Shown: positions 39,041 to 53,745, numbered from the whole stretch's first letter. The stretch is DNA of 63,725 nucleotides, filler included, from Reticulomyxa filosa (GCA_000512085.1; 20 parts of 20 records of this genome joined end to end with filler, not necessarily neighbours in it); one strand, 5' to 3'. The notes: generated from the sequence alone by a model not told the origin. Numbers and translations: made by a program.

Positions 39041-39369
39041 GGGATATTCGATCTGGTAAACAAATTCAAGTATTCAATGGACATGCACATTATGTGTATG
39101 CTGCTGAATATTCACCATTTGTAATAAAGAATAGGAATGGTTATTCAAATGTGATATGTTCCGGATCATTGGATAATACAATTCGATTTTGGGATATTCG
39201 ATTAAGTAAGAATGAATTGTATAAGATCAAAGGAAATAATAAAGAAGATAATGGAATATTTTGTCTTAAATTTATTGAATTGAAAAAGAAAGAGAAGACA
39301 AAGAATACGACATATGATTTGAATTTGTGTTATGGTTCACACAAAGGTCCCATTCGTATTTGGGGATAA
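39041..39369 (+). CDS. WD40 family gene, 3' end (cut by the contig start)
   Basis: WDIRSGKQIQVFNGH..ICSGSLDNTIRFWDIR..GPIRIWG*. Confidence 0.85.
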
Positions 39370-42300
39370 TTTATTTTTTGTCGAATAAGAAATGAAAGTA
39401 TTTTTCTTTGATTAAAAAAAAAGTAAAATGATATTAAACTTGTTTGATTTGATTGAATGCAAGCATTGAAATATTTGTTCTGTCTTATTTGTCGTTTAAA
39501 AAATTAAAAAATTTACATTAAATGTACATTATCAAAAACAACATTTTCTCCTGAAGCAAGATATAAGCGATCAGTGTCAATAACATAGATTTTTCCAAAA
39601 TAATTTTATTTTTTGTAGACTTTTTTTTAGAACTTATTTCTTGAAAACCATAAATAATTCTTATTCAATTCAACCACATGACAATTGTCAATAAGTGTAC
39701 TTAATTAAAAACTCCAAAACATTTTCGTCACTGTGGTATTACACTTAGTCTTACTCACTATTCTTACATCATCATTAGATGTCTACTGCTCCATCTCAAG
39801 TTGTATTTCATAATATTTTAAAAGAAACTTATTTGTGTTATTTTTTGCATTGTTAAAGCAACTCCAATGACATTGATTGGAAGGATATTCCATAATTTTG
39901 ACGGTTTTGCAATGATACCAAATCGAGAGAACAATTGCAAAAGATTTTAAGTGGAAATGTTACATTTACGAAAAAATATGCAATAATAACCTCCTAGCAA
40001 AAAAGAACGCGAAAGATCAAATGTTGGTTGTGACAACAAATGACGTGGAACGTAACATTCCTTTGGAATGAGATTATTACACCAAAAATATTAAACAAAT
40101 TTGCAGAGGACGAGTTGCAGAATGATATGAACTTGTTGTAGTATGTATCGGACAAAGAGATAGAGACACATTGCTCAATCCACATATCGTGGTTATGGTA
40201 AAGGAAGGCCACGTGAAACAATTAGTGATGTCGACAAGGAAGAGAAGAAAGTAGAAGATTCAACAAAATCATCCACAACAATAATTCCAAACGATTTTTC
40301 TATTTTCAGAAAATTTTATTGCATTAAAAAGAAAAAAACAATCATTTGCATTCAAAATTCGCTTTTTGGATGAATTTGTAATTATATGAACTACTAGACC
40401 CATTTTTCGTCCTTTTGGATTAGCAGGAGCTGAAGGGGTTTAGCAGGCCTGTGCTTAATTTGAAAGGTTGCTTTTGTTAGGGTGCATAAGTTGTAAATTC
40501 ATTCGTTTTTTTTTGTAACATCAGTATAGAAAAATGAATAATTTAAACCAGTTGCCTTTTCATAAACAAAATGGAAGTCAACAAAACAGTAAAATTTTTT
40601 TAGGGAGGAAAAAAAATTCCACATTCGAACACTGGAACGTCCCTTTACAATTTAGTATAGAGCATTTGTCTTAAGCTTCGCACATTTTTTTTAAAAAAAA
40701 GATCAATACATTAAATACAATTATGCGCTGTTTAGACAAACTCGAAGAAAACATTTGTTTTTTTGATATTAGAAAATCCGCATTTCAATCAGTTTTATCA
40801 AATAAACTTATCTCATTCTTATCATTCTTGGCATTTCCACAAACAAATTATTAAAATATTATTTGGTTAACGAATAAACATTTGAATTGAATGAAATCCA
40901 TTTTTATTTGTAGATTTCTTTTACATTCATACGCATTCATATATTAATTCATTCCAAGTTCTTCATAACAAAAATGAACTTCCACTTAAAGAGCCCTTAT
41001 TCAATGATTTTGAAACAAAGACTTGAACGTCTCAATCAAATATCATTTACAAATAAGACAACAGTCTATAACTAATGAAGATAAATCAATATTATCTGAA
41101 TGTGAGTTTGATAAGTGTGATCCACCAACGGAATCAAAAACGGATGGGTCTGTATTATTGAATGACATTGAACTTAAACATTGGCATCTTGCAGCTTGAG
41201 CCTCTCAGCATCAACGACATCAGCAAGGTTCATGATCTTTGGTCAATTGGACAGATTCAACTTTACTGTAAGTCTTCCAAGCAATGTTCTTCTATCGCAC
41301 AAATTGGCCAAATACAGCTTATCTCCAACTCGGAGCCCATAAATCAAAGTGGAGCCACTGAATTCGATATCAAACGTCAGGATGGATATCCTTCACTGTA
41401 GTTGTGCGTGGCGTTTTGCCAGGCTAAAAAAAGTCTAGTTTTAGAATATTCAGAAATATCAGCTCGGATTTGCGATGTTGTTTGTAGTCCTCACGAATGA
41501 TAACACCGAATACTTGAAATGGTGTCCCCCCAAACTCGCCACTGTTTGCAATGCAGTTCATTTATCTCAGTCATTTGTGCATCGTTTTTCTTTTCACTGT
41601 TGTTATTATTGTCACTATCAGTGTTTTCTTTCTAGTCTTCGTCGCTCATGAATTGCATTTCGATATTGCAGAGTCGTTCGTTATCTCTTGATCCGACACT
41701 CTCTTTCTCTCTCGGTTTGATACAACAATTTGTACGCAAGCGTACTGAACGTCTTTTGTGATTGGTACAATAACATTCCATCGTTTTCCTACAGTAACAA
41801 GGGTAGCATTCTTGCAACATATTGCGAGACTTTATCTCCTTGCAAACCTTTTTTTCCAATATAACAAAAACAAACAATCACATATTATTAAAAAAAATAA
41901 ATTAAAGTTTGTGTCAAAACGAATATTTTCAAAATTAACAAATAAGTGTTCTTTTTTTGATTATTGAATTGTATCAAAAAAATATCAAATAATTTTTAAA
42001 AACAAATATACTTATCAAAAAAAAATTTTCTTTTTTGAAAATTGACTTATACCAAATACAAATGGGACCTTTTCATGAGCCATAGATCTGTTGATAATTA
42101 ATTATTTAGAACTTTCAATTGAAATAAATTTTAACATAACAACGTTATTTTATTTTCATCAAATTTACCATTCATAAATATTTTGTTAAAGAATATTTGC
42201 ATTTTATAATTAAAAAAAAAATATATTGGTCTTCACATAATTGTAACATTTTGAAGAAGGAAAGTGGGGGATGATTGAGCATGAGACATTTATTTAAGTG

Positions 42301-43153
42301 ACAACATTCTAGTCAGTCATTCAATATCACTGCTTTTTGGATTTTTGTTGCTTGTTTTTTTTAAAAAAAAGTGAACGGTGGAATTCTCGATGGTCGCAGG
42401 AACCCCGATTAGTTAAAAAAATATTTAACAAAAGAGATATTTCCAACTATGTTCATTCTTTTAATAAAAATATGACTGACATGAATAACATACATTCTTT
42501 GATTAAAACATATTACACGTAAAAATAGTTTGAACGTGTTCTCCCCTTTCTTTCAATACTCTAATAACAGAAAAAAACATTATAAAGTTATATTTTNNNN
42601 NNNNNNNNNNNNNNNNNNNNNNNNNNNNNNNNNNNNNNNNTTAATTAATTAANNNNNNNNNNNNNNNNNNNNNNNNNNNNNNNNNNNNNNNNNNNNCAAA
42701 TGGATATTATTTCTACTATTATTAACAGGTTTGTAAATATTTTGAACTTTATTTACACAACTTTAACATAATGATTTGTTAATAGGTCTTAAAGCTATTT
42801 TTGCAAAAGAAAAAAAACTTTTGCATTTAAACACTAATAACGTTGTTTCTTTCAAGGACTTTGTAAAGTAAATTGGTATTTATGTTGAAACTGTGGATTG
42901 GTATGTGCTGAAATACATTTGAGTAGTTCTAATTTGCTCACATTCAACAGTATTAACAGCAATGGCAATGTGATGAAGCAAAATAGATTGTTTCATTTTT
43001 TTTTTAAACGACAAATCATAAATAAAAATATTGCAGGCGCAAAGCAAAAGAAGAGCGTGAAAAAAAGTTCACTTATTTCCACACGACACAGAACGAAGAG
43101 TGAAAAAAATAAATTTATTTGATAGTAGGAAATTCATATGTCGATTCCAAATA

Positions 43154-43712
43154 TCAACGTACTTGTTGCAATTTATCAAATACATGAATGCATTGGAGTA
43201 GTCTCTTATTTCTTTCTTATTAAATCGATTTAATAAGATTGCCTCCCAATGTCTTCATTGGCAAAATATCTTTATTATAATTATCTCCGATGTATACCCA
43301 CCATTCATTAAGCTCAAAGCCTCCATCACGTTTTGCGTATTTGAGCATTTTCGGATCAAGTTTTTTTGCACATGCGCTTTTGTTGTCAGCCACAAACTCG
43401 AAATAGACGTCTAAAATCTGTAAAATGATTGTAACATATTTTTTCAAACCAATCAAAAAAAAAAAAGAGCAATTGAATTGAAATTGGAATGCAATAAATA
43501 AATAAATAAAAAAGGAATACATTTAACTTACCCAAAATAGGTAAAATGGTATCACGATAACGTTCACTATCGTTAGTGATCACTCCCAACTTGATTTGAT
43601 ATTTTTTGATGTATTCCAGAAAATCAAACACGTCAGGGAACACATCATAGGGCTCCTTGCTTCCAAACAGCGCATATAAATTGGATTGAAGATTTTTGGA
43701 TCGTCTTCATTG
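43154..43712 (-). pseudogene. HAD-superfamily hydrolase (HDHD3/REG-2-like), C-terminal part, frameshifted
   Basis: VFPDV..LGVITNDSER..YFEFV..KKLDPKM..YIGDNYNKDI. The expected AILLNR tail is out of frame near 43242, and KPDP has become KLDP. Confidence 0.7.
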
Positions 43713-43812
43713 NNNNNNNNNNNNNNNNNNNNNNNNNNNNNNNNNNNNNNNNNNNNTTAATTAATTAANNNNNNNNNNNNNNNNNNNNNNNNNNNNNNNN
43801 NNNNNNNNNNNN

Positions 43813-43990
43813 GTGTTTACTAAGAAGAGAATAGAGGTTTTTGTAAAATGAAAGTAGTTTAAATAATAAAACAAAAGAACAAAAGAAAAGTAAAGAAAAG
43901 TAAGAAGTAAGTTGTTGAGGAAGTTTAACCTGCTGGGGATTTCTCCGTTCCCTTAACGTTCAGATACTTATAATAGGGACTTGCCCTATA
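43813..43990 (-). mobile_element. LTR-like dispersed element, copy 2 (truncated by the contig end)
   Basis: The reverse complement aligns to 20125-20296 (e.g. caagtcc.tattataagtatctgaacg..aagggaacgg and ttctcttct.agtaaacac). Confidence 0.6.
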
Positions 43991-44434
43991 CTATTGATTG
44001 ATTTGGATTAAAACCCTTAAGATTTGTTTTTTTGATATTTTAATGCTATATCGGTCCAATTTGACTATCTTACAAAAAATGAAAATAGCATTAAAGCACG
44101 AAGAAAAAGAATTGAATTTCTGTTTTGCTATGATCTCAGTATCTGTGTGTTCTGTTACTGAATGTAGAGCGAGTAGATTTGTGACAAAGATCCAATTAAA
44201 CGACAATACTTTATTTAATCAAAAAATTAGCAACCCAATTTCATTCACTTTGAAAATATTGAGTATTAAAAAAAATGCATAGAATCTTTCGTCACAATAG
44301 TTCCATCTACAATATCAAAGCGATTAGGAAGTTTATTTTTGTTGGGGCGCTGATGATGTGCAGAACCTTTTTAAAAAATTACCATTCAAAAAAACACAAA
44401 CTTGTCTTAAATAAAAAAAATACGTGCATACACA

Positions 44435-45026
44435 TTATAAACATATATATTTGACACCTTCATTGGAATTTGATCCACGATTTTGATCAGCAGAGAAACG
44501 GTTGTCAAATTGATTGTTAAAACGTGCGCGTATGTCGTGGGAATGATCTTTGGTGGGTTTCCGAGAACACTGATATTCTTTTTCGTCCAATGTGGTTGCA
44601 AGAAACACTAAGTCTTGTTGTAAATATAAAACTTTGGCTAAAGCGTATAATTGTATATCGTAAATGTTGTGCTTGGCGATATCTTGTAGTTCTTCTTTGG
44701 TAGCCAATTTACTTTTCTCTGTCAGTTGTTCCTTTTCATTGTGTTTGCTTTCATCTGCAGAGACTATGTTATCTTTTTGTTGAATATACCACTTGTCCAC
44801 ATTGGCATTGACTTTTCGTGGGATCATATCGGAACACAAACCCCAAAAAACTGTCAACTGTCGTATCGATTGATCAAACGTCTCCGTCAATCCAACCCAA
44901 CTCATTTGTAGCAAATGGTGTCTTGCCAACAGGAAGTGCTTATACGTGAGCAGATGCTCCCGCACGATATCCATTTCGTGTCTCAAATACGCCATGACAC
45001 TTGGGTATTGCAAAATCTCGGTTGTG

Positions 45027-45030
<4 letters not shown>
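44435..45030 (-). CDS. Sulfotransferase (HS6ST/Sulfotransfer_2-like), C-terminal part
   Basis: ARHHLLQMSWVGLTETFDQS..FWG and IAKHNIYDIQLYALAKVLY match the AKxxL..F.GLTE and I..LN..D..LY..A motifs. Confidence 0.7.
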
Positions 45031-45070
<40 letters not shown>

Positions 45071-48000
45071 NNNNNNNNNNNNNNNNNNNNNNNNNNNNNN
45101 NNNNNNNNNNNNNNTTAATTAATTAANNNNNNNNNNNNNNNNNNNNNNNNNNNNNNNNNNNNNNNNNNNNGCTCTTGAAACTGTAACTTTCTAATTTCTT
45201 GAAAAAACTCACTCCTTAAACTTTTCATAAGACATTATCTTTAAATATGCTATTAAGAGCTTTGGAAATTTTACTATAGAAAAATGTGCTCTTTTATATT
45301 GTAATGTGTATTTCCGAAACATAACTTAAAAATAAGTATATCGAAAGATTTACATAAGCGAATATAAATTTTATTTGCTTTGACAATGGATAGTTGCATT
45401 ATTGAATATAAAAGAAAAGTGTGTATTTTTTTACAAGTTCTCATTCAGTATTTTGAGAATCCACGTGACCATTCGCTGTGGCAGGGTGTGTGCAAACACG
45501 ATCGTTACTCATGGACTTTGATTTTTTGAAAAGCACTAACATCAATCCCGCAAAAATAAATAGACAAAATAAAATAAAATATACATACAATGTATAGTTT
45601 TTCTGTTCGAGAATTTTTAGAATACTTTGACCACCTTGATCAAAGATCAATTGAGGAAGAAGTTGCAGAATAATATCCTCACAAAGACCAAAACATAAAT
45701 ATTAGAAGAAAAGGATGAAAACATTTCAAATAAGAAGGCTGATATTCTATTGGTATATTGATTGTATTTTTTAAATGTTGTAGCGTTTGTAAATAAATTT
45801 TGGAGGTCAAAATATAAACTTTATTGCAAGGCTATGTAGGATAAACACGTGAAACCTTGCAATGTATTTAACACAATATTTGATATAAAATGTTATTGTT
45901 TCATATTCGCTTGGAATATCAAACCTAACATTTGTACGTTTTTTTGCAGTGTTTTTCCAGTTCGCTTATGGGACATCTTTCTTTTTTTTTGCTATCCAAA
46001 CGAAAGTTTAGTGTTATGTGCTCACATTCAATGTTTTTGCAATTACATTCAAAGGAAAAATATGTTGTATCATTACTAACGTTTTAAATAAAATGTCACA
46101 CTGTATGTCTGTACTTCTAACTTATACAAGCGTTCAGTTTAAGAAATGTGGTAGGATCATTTGGATGGATAAATGTATTGACGCCAATCTTCACGTGGGA
46201 TGTGTCATATTGCTAAGCTATATCATGGCAAAATCGAAATGTCATGGGTATTGATTGCAAGATTGGAGTTTGATATTTTTATAGGACAATATATAAGTTG
46301 AATGCATACATTCGATCTGAATTTATGAAGTATCAACAAGCATAAAGCCTCATGCGTTGAGAAATCCTGACATCGCATTTCATGTCGTCGAAATGATCAT
46401 TTATATTAACTTTTTATGTGGATGGCTAGTATCTATTGTCTACATCCCATTACTGTGTTATCCGAAAATCAAGAAGACAGTCAGAACAGCGATAGAGGAT
46501 CAACTGTGTCCCCACAGCATCAAAGATATACACAGGCACTTAGCCAATTCAAAAGCAGAATAATGAAGACATTAAAATGATTTTAAATATTCGCAAATCA
46601 ACTGTCCTTGCATTACAAGTACATAATAAACAAAATGCACATATAATAGATACATATAGGTATGTACAGATTTTTTTTAAGATGTACGTCACACGCACCC
46701 AAAAAAAAAAAAATTAAAAATAACATAGCTATGACAAGCACTGCGATCTATGGACTGGGAACTACGTGTACATGTTGCAACAATTTAGCTTTTTTTGGAG
46801 GGTTTGATGCGGTAGTATGTCTTTGATTTGTTTGTTCAAATTTGGCGAACGGATTTGTGACCGCACATTGACATTTAGAGACATGTATTTGTGTATCCAC
46901 TTCCAGAAAAACTTGCAACATCGATTGACCATATTTGGAGACCTCTGCAATTACAGTCTACCATTTTTTTAGAGCGATAAACTCGAGCTCCTCCTTTGTC
47001 TGGATCGCCAAAAAAGATATTGAAACTATTGATCTGGCCGCACTGTTATCTAAACTCACTGTATTTTTACTTGATATTAATTGTGTGGGTTGGGCAATTG
47101 AATTTTTGTTGAAAAGTGCGATACATTTCAACTCTTCATCTCATTTTTTTTTAATAAATAAATAAAAACGATTAATATCAAACCGCAGTACTTCTTCTTA
47201 TGAATGAACTATTTAATGTTGTTTTTTTGGCATAAACCCTAAGTCTATTGCATATTATTACACGTAGTTAATTTTTTTCAAAGACACAAGTGAACCAAAT
47301 AGACGTATTTACATATTTTCCGCTTAGATTTTGAAATTTTTTGCGATGATATAATTTGATGAGAATGCTGTCAGGTGAGCTGGAGAATGTGTTGAATTAT
47401 TTTTAAAAAAAATTAAAAGAACAACAATTTGACAAAAAAACAAAAAATGTAAGGCAAGCATCAAAAACTTGCAATACCACAAACTTGTTGACTTCACTTT
47501 ACCATTCACCGCACAACAACCACTTTTCAATTGCTCGATAGAAGACACTTGATTCTATGTTATATACGTGTGTATTGATCACATACATGTTTTAAGTTTT
47601 TCCAATCACGTTACAAAAAAATAAAAATATTATAACTTGGAACATAGGTTGCGCACATAATATGACAATATCAGCTCACCACTTTCAAATTACTCGATTT
47701 CATTTCAATCAGCAATTCGATCATGACGTTGCCTCCACTTTTATTATTTCGTACTGCAACAATAATCGAACTGCTACTACTGTTGCTGCTGTTATCACTG
47801 CTATTATTGCTGGAGACTAACTGCACCATCAATAGCAATACAAACAGCAACGATTTGTCCATGTGCAATCCACACTTCATGTAGTATACGTCCATTTTCA
47901 TACCTTTAAATACCTATTCAAATATTTCAATCAATACATAAATAAATAATCAAATATACATATAAAAATATTATATCAAAGGTGTATATAAAGAAAAATA

Positions 48001-50867
48001 AAACTTTTCAAGAATGAATCCAATCACGATTATAGCATCACATAACATGAAAGAGGACATGCGCACAAACGATAAAAGAATAACAGCAACTCTTGGATTC
48101 TTATATTCAAATGTGCGCTTTTGATTTCAACGATAATGCTTCCATCGAATATTCCGTTATTCCGGGCGACTGAACGGATTTGGAGGAAGCTGATATCATT
48201 GAACGCTCTTGTCATATAGAGTTACCACTTTTCGAGTATCGGTCTNNNNNNNNNNNNNNNNNNNNNNNNNNNNNNNNNNNNNNNNNNNNTTAATTAATTA
48301 ANNNNNNNNNNNNNNNNNNNNNNNNNNNNNNNNNNNNNNNNNNNNTTTTTTTTTTTCTTCTCCCCTTCCATTCTTAATCTCCAAACCTATTTAAATCACT
48401 TCACATTCAAAGGGTTTGCTTTGATGGAGATATATTATAACAACTAAAAATATAACACAAATGACACACATCCACGCCGACCTTCAAATATCATGTACAA
48501 TTATATCCAAGTAGTTTTCCACATCTATCCGACGACAACGATGGCGATGATATCGGCGAATTGGAAGTCGTGATATAATACTTTGGTTGATCAAGTTCAA
48601 TTTTGATTGCTTGTGGCAATATAAGTTTAGATAGGATGCAATTTGAGCAGCAAATTGTTGGAGGTACTCAAGTATATGCAAACAGTACCAAATACCACCA
48701 CCAAATTTCTGAGAATGAGAATAAGGCATTCAATGCCTCCCACTACACTATTGAAATCTTGCATGGTTCGATGCTTGCACAATCAAAGATGTATGACTCG
48801 TGGATACGATGGTGAAGAGTGGAGTTATACGTGTTATATACTGATGATGCTTTGGACAAGATATTTTTTTAATCTTTAAATATTTCATTTTAATCAATGT
48901 TCCACTTGAACAAAAAGCTTTTTGGATTACTGTCTTTTTGTCTTGTTATCCAAAATATGTAATCACATGTCAATTTGCTTTTCCGTACATGTCAACGATA
49001 ACGGCGACCATCTTCATTGCGCTGATAGACAAACTAGTCTATATACAATGTTATGAATTGCATTGTCATAGTGCACAAGCCTACCACTGTGTAGAATAAA
49101 TCGGTTGTGTGCATTGCAATGGTGCCACATAAAAAAAAAAAAGCGAGTCATTGACTACCATTGTCGTCGTCCCAGCCATATTTGCATACACGCAAAGATT
49201 GTGTTTAGCGCGTTTCCATTCGAAAGCGATATTGGACCATGTGGAGTTTGATTTTTGTGTCGTTGCCTGGAGGATTGTTTGTTTGAAACGAAATTGATTA
49301 TCCACACGTATCTTGGAGGCAATGTTCAAATGTGTAAAGACATCCAAAAGATACGACAAATTGAGATCCCAAGTTACAGATATCAATGAGTGTATTTTTT
49401 TGTTTGAGCGTGGCTTTTTTTCTGTAATACGCGCTCGAGCTGCTGATTACTTGCTTGATCGCATGAATCGGGTTGACTTTCGAGAATAGAGAAAGCAAAA
49501 TCTTTTGTACACTTTTTATACGATTGGTCGTCAAATTGATAGTATGATCAACCAATATCTATAATTTGTACGCAATAGAACTGCAAATTTGCACCAGCGT
49601 TGGTGTCGACAAAAAAAAAAGTGGGAGCAGCAATTGAATTAAAGTGCACATGGCGAAAATAGTGCCGTTATTGATTGTGCGGTGACCATCAAACCTCCTT
49701 GCACTGCGCACTTCTTTTCAACAATCCATTTGAAGCATTCTTCAATACATCGAATTTGATATATGCCCATGTTTCACAAGTAGGTTAGCCATAACATGAC
49801 TCAATCTTTGTTTCTTGTTGTGCCAATTTGATGAATATTCTATGTGCCTTGCAACGAGGGTCTTTGTTGCTGTACCATCATATTCAAATCCATTTGTACA
49901 ACAGACACGCTCTTATTCTTCACTGTCGACACAAGTAATCCGCAGGTAAGATAAATCTTACAATCGGAAAAAACAAGATGGACTGGCACACTCCAAGACG
50001 ACTTTACAACAACCATAATCACCACGATACATTGACAGCTCGCAATACGCATCATCTTCACAGAATATGCTCTGTTCGACTTGTGCCGATATAACTAACT
50101 GTTGTTATCAACAGTACATGTGCTCTCGAAACCCAATCCATTCTATAGCAAGTGTTTCTTTGTCACACATATCTTTGACGGCACCCCACGCGAAATGTTT
50201 TTGGCGCACACGTAAATGCTTCCTCTGGATATACGTCGAATTGATAATATGCCCCCCTATCCAAATACGCGAACAATTTCGGCTATTAGCTGAGTATGTA
50301 TATCACAAAACAATGTACCTTAGTGACAACTTTTTATTTTGTTTTCGATTTGTATTTTTTTTTAAATTTTTTTGAATTGAAATGAACTGCAATACTAATG
50401 TGAGAATACGTGTAGTCCGGAACAATTATAATATTTCAATATCTCACAAAGCATCCACCAATGTACATTTTATAACAACCGATCTCTTGCAACATCGACA
50501 ATCTTTTTCTTGTTAAGGCCTTCACACTAGCATTCACGTATACTTTTTTTTTCTTTGTCACCTATACGTAAAAATAAGTTATTATTTTATTGTTATAAAA
50601 AAAAAAGTTAGTGAAACACACAATGATGTTATATATTTGTTTATTTACTTAACTTTTTATTAATATCAACAAAATATAATAATTTTTGGAGACATTGCTT
50701 CAGCGTTTAATAAATAAAAAATATAAAACTTTCAATTTCTTTTTTTTTATCACTTTTTTTTTCATTTNNNNNNNNNNNNNNNNNNNNNNNNNNNNNNNNN
50801 NNNNNNNNNNNTTAATTAATTAANNNNNNNNNNNNNNNNNNNNNNNNNNNNNNNNNNNNNNNNNNNN

Positions 50868-52300
50868 CCCCCCTTCGAATGTGCCACCTGCGATACAAAA
50901 AGCCCCGGCTGTGAAAGCCGGTGATAGAGTCATTCTCGACACCAGGCGACATTGGCAAGATTGTGTTTGTGGAGTCGGTCAGCTTTGACGACCGAGAAGT
51001 GTTTTGCATTTTGTTAGATAATTGGTTCGCTCAACGGTCACGACGGGAACTGTGGATGCCACGCAATACTTTGTGGCGCATGAAGGAAGAAATTGTACGA
51101 TGAGACCAAAATGATAACCAAACAAAAGAATGTGAAAAGTGACAAGCGACGGAAGTTGATGGATTTGAAGCCTGTCAATAAAGACGAACCAAAGTCTGTT
51201 CAAATATATCAAGGCGATAATCGAATGTATCCTGATTTGTCATCCAAACACCACTACATAAGAAACATCCATTTCATGATGACCAGTCCAGTTATAACTA
51301 GCACTGCCAATTATTTGCAATATGCTTATGACAACAAGTTAAACACTTTCTCAAAATTATAGCATTGTTTTATTTTCATTTATTTATTTATTTATATTTT
51401 TTTTTTTTTTTGTCATCACAACATATACATCTTTTGTTTTGCTTGGGAATGATTAAGATGTGAACATGTACAAAGACAGTATTATTTGCGTTGGATGAGT
51501 AAATAAAATTTATCTCAACACACATCTCATTTATGAATTGCATTTCACAATTCGAGTGTCACTCCAAACCAATTGGTTTTGAAAGTTTGGAGTCAATGTT
51601 TAAATATATGTGTGTTTGGTCCATATTCCTGATTATGCATTGTTTATTTGTTGGTGAAAAAGTAGATAGACACGAGTACCTCTCAAAAATATATTGGCCA
51701 CTGGGAAGAATTGACTATGTATAAATACGAAGAAATAGTGGTAGTGAATAAATATCAGGAACAATAACAAGTATCAAGACAATGCATTGACATTAGTCTG
51801 CACATGAATGTATTTAATTTCACAACGACACCCGAATGAATTCATCATATGGATCGTCAAGCGAGCGGATTGATGGTGTTTGGTAAATTTTTAATTACTA
51901 TCAAAGAAGCTCTCGGTCAGTGGAACAACTTTAACAAAAACAATTTCATGCGTAGGGAGTATCTTGTTCTCTGTCATGGCTCCTTCACATTACCAACAAA
52001 TATTGGTGATGCTGAGTTCGATGAATTGCTCATTGAATTAAACCAATATCGATCAGTTGTGCATAATATTTTTTTTATATATACATTTCTTCATTGTGAT
52101 TATACACAGCACTAAAATCTGTTAACATCAATAATATGGGGAAAAAAAAAAATCAAGAAATAATGGAATGGCTTCCGAATGATAGAACAAGCGCTTATTT
52201 TGATCTCAAGCGTTTTAAAACAAAAAAATATCATGTAGTAGCAAGAAGAAAAGAAATCGGCTTAACGGAAATTGGATTGTTTTAGAAAATTGACTAAGCC
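50868..52300 (+). pseudogene. RluA-family pseudouridine synthase pseudogene
   Basis: HSKPIG (motif I), IHHMDRQASGLMVFGK (HRLD..SGL catalytic motif II) and RREYLVLCHG. Multiple stops and frame breaks. Confidence 0.7.
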
Positions 52301-53026
52301 CTCATACGCCACTTGACACTACTGTGGAGCTGGAGTGCTTTAATCTTGCTCAAACCAACAAAAACTATTGGCGTGGAAGATAGAAAAACAAAAACGCAAT
52401 AAAAACGGAGCAAAGAAGAAGAAGAAGATTATTATTATTATTGGCAATATGTTTCAAGTTTTTTTAAGGCTGAAAAATTTTGAAATATGTCAATTATCAT
52501 CGTGATGAAGCCTTTGAAGAAAATGAAAAAAAAGTCAATTGCCACAACATGGAGAAACACACATGATCTCTTATATTAATTGTGACATGGAAATGTCAAG
52601 AATATATCAAATACGTTTGTCATCCACCATTTCTAATCCGAAGTACGATGATTGCAAGCTTTATTGTCGAAAAGAAGTTATCAAACATTGGGATTTGTAA
52701 AGTGAAAAAATTATTGTTGATACAGATTATTGCCATTATCACTTTCTTCATGCTTTTGATTTTTTCATAATCTTCTTTTTTCTCCTTTTTTTAAAATTCT
52801 TTTGTTAGTTTTCGTAGCCAAAGAATTTGCACTTCCAATCACTAATATTACTGCCATTTTTGTTTTTGTTGGCTTAATTGGATTTAGACTCTACTTTTTC
52901 TTTATCGTCTTCTTGTTCCTTTCTGTNNNNNNNNNNNNNNNNNNNNNNNNNNNNNNNNNNNNNNNNNNNNTTAATTAATTAANNNNNNNNNNNNNNNNNN
53001 NNNNNNNNNNNNNNNNNNNNNNNNNN

Positions 53027-53745
53027 GGGATAAAAAAAAAAAATTGCGGGACAAAAATTTCCGGAAATCGAAAGAAAGAGAGAGAAAGAAGGGAAAGGAC
53101 AATGGACCAATTTTTTACTAACAAAGATAACAGTTGCCACACCAGTTGGAAAGATCTTTGCCTTGGCTCTCTGCTGACATGGGTTCTTTTGGTTTGTATG
53201 TTTCTCTGCGAATTGGTATGTATCGCTCGTCCGTTGTTTGCAGGTCCACGTTTCATAACTCGTCGAAAAGGCTGCTGTCCGGGTCGGCCTCTTGGTCTCT
53301 CTCTGTTAATCGGCATGGAATTGTTTTGGCCATTGTTTTTGTAGGAGCTGTTCACGTGGCTGTTGTTACTGTTACCCCTGCTTTGTCTGTTGCCACCGTA
53401 CTTTGATTGTCCGCTGTACCTGTTTCGGTTCACAAAGCGACCTCGGTTGTCATTTCTCGTTCGGTTTTGGCTATCCCCACGATTACCGCCACTGCTTTTG
53501 CTTTGAATCCTTCCTCTTCCTCTTCCTCTTCCCCGTCCACGTCCACGTCCTCTTCCACGAGAAGAGCTTTTATCTTTTTATTTTTTTATTTTTATTTTTT
53601 TTGAGACTTGGGGGTTTGTTTTCGTACTTGCGTTAAAAATACTGTCTGGTCAAATGTTTTTTTGTTGCACACTTTCGCGTATCATGTCATCAAGGGATTT
53701 ATTCAAAGCCGTATTCAAGTCGTCCATTCTCTCCAGACCAGACAT
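53027..53745 (-). CDS. ALYREF/Yra1-like mRNA export adaptor, N-terminal part
   Basis: From ATG 53745: MSGLERMDDLNTALNKSLDDMIRE (UAP56-binding LDxSLDDII-type motif), then (RG)n RGRGRGRGRG and an R/N/G-rich region. Needs the A7 run near 53660 to be A8 to splice in frame. No RRM is visible before the contig end. Confidence 0.62.

Noticed and set aside
47690-47905. Minus-strand CAG CAA TAA TAG CAG.. tract suggesting TAA/TAG = Gln
   Set aside because: Intact genes here end in TAA/TAG and have long frames free of them. The tract also reads as poly-S/N in another frame and lies in pseudogenic DNA.
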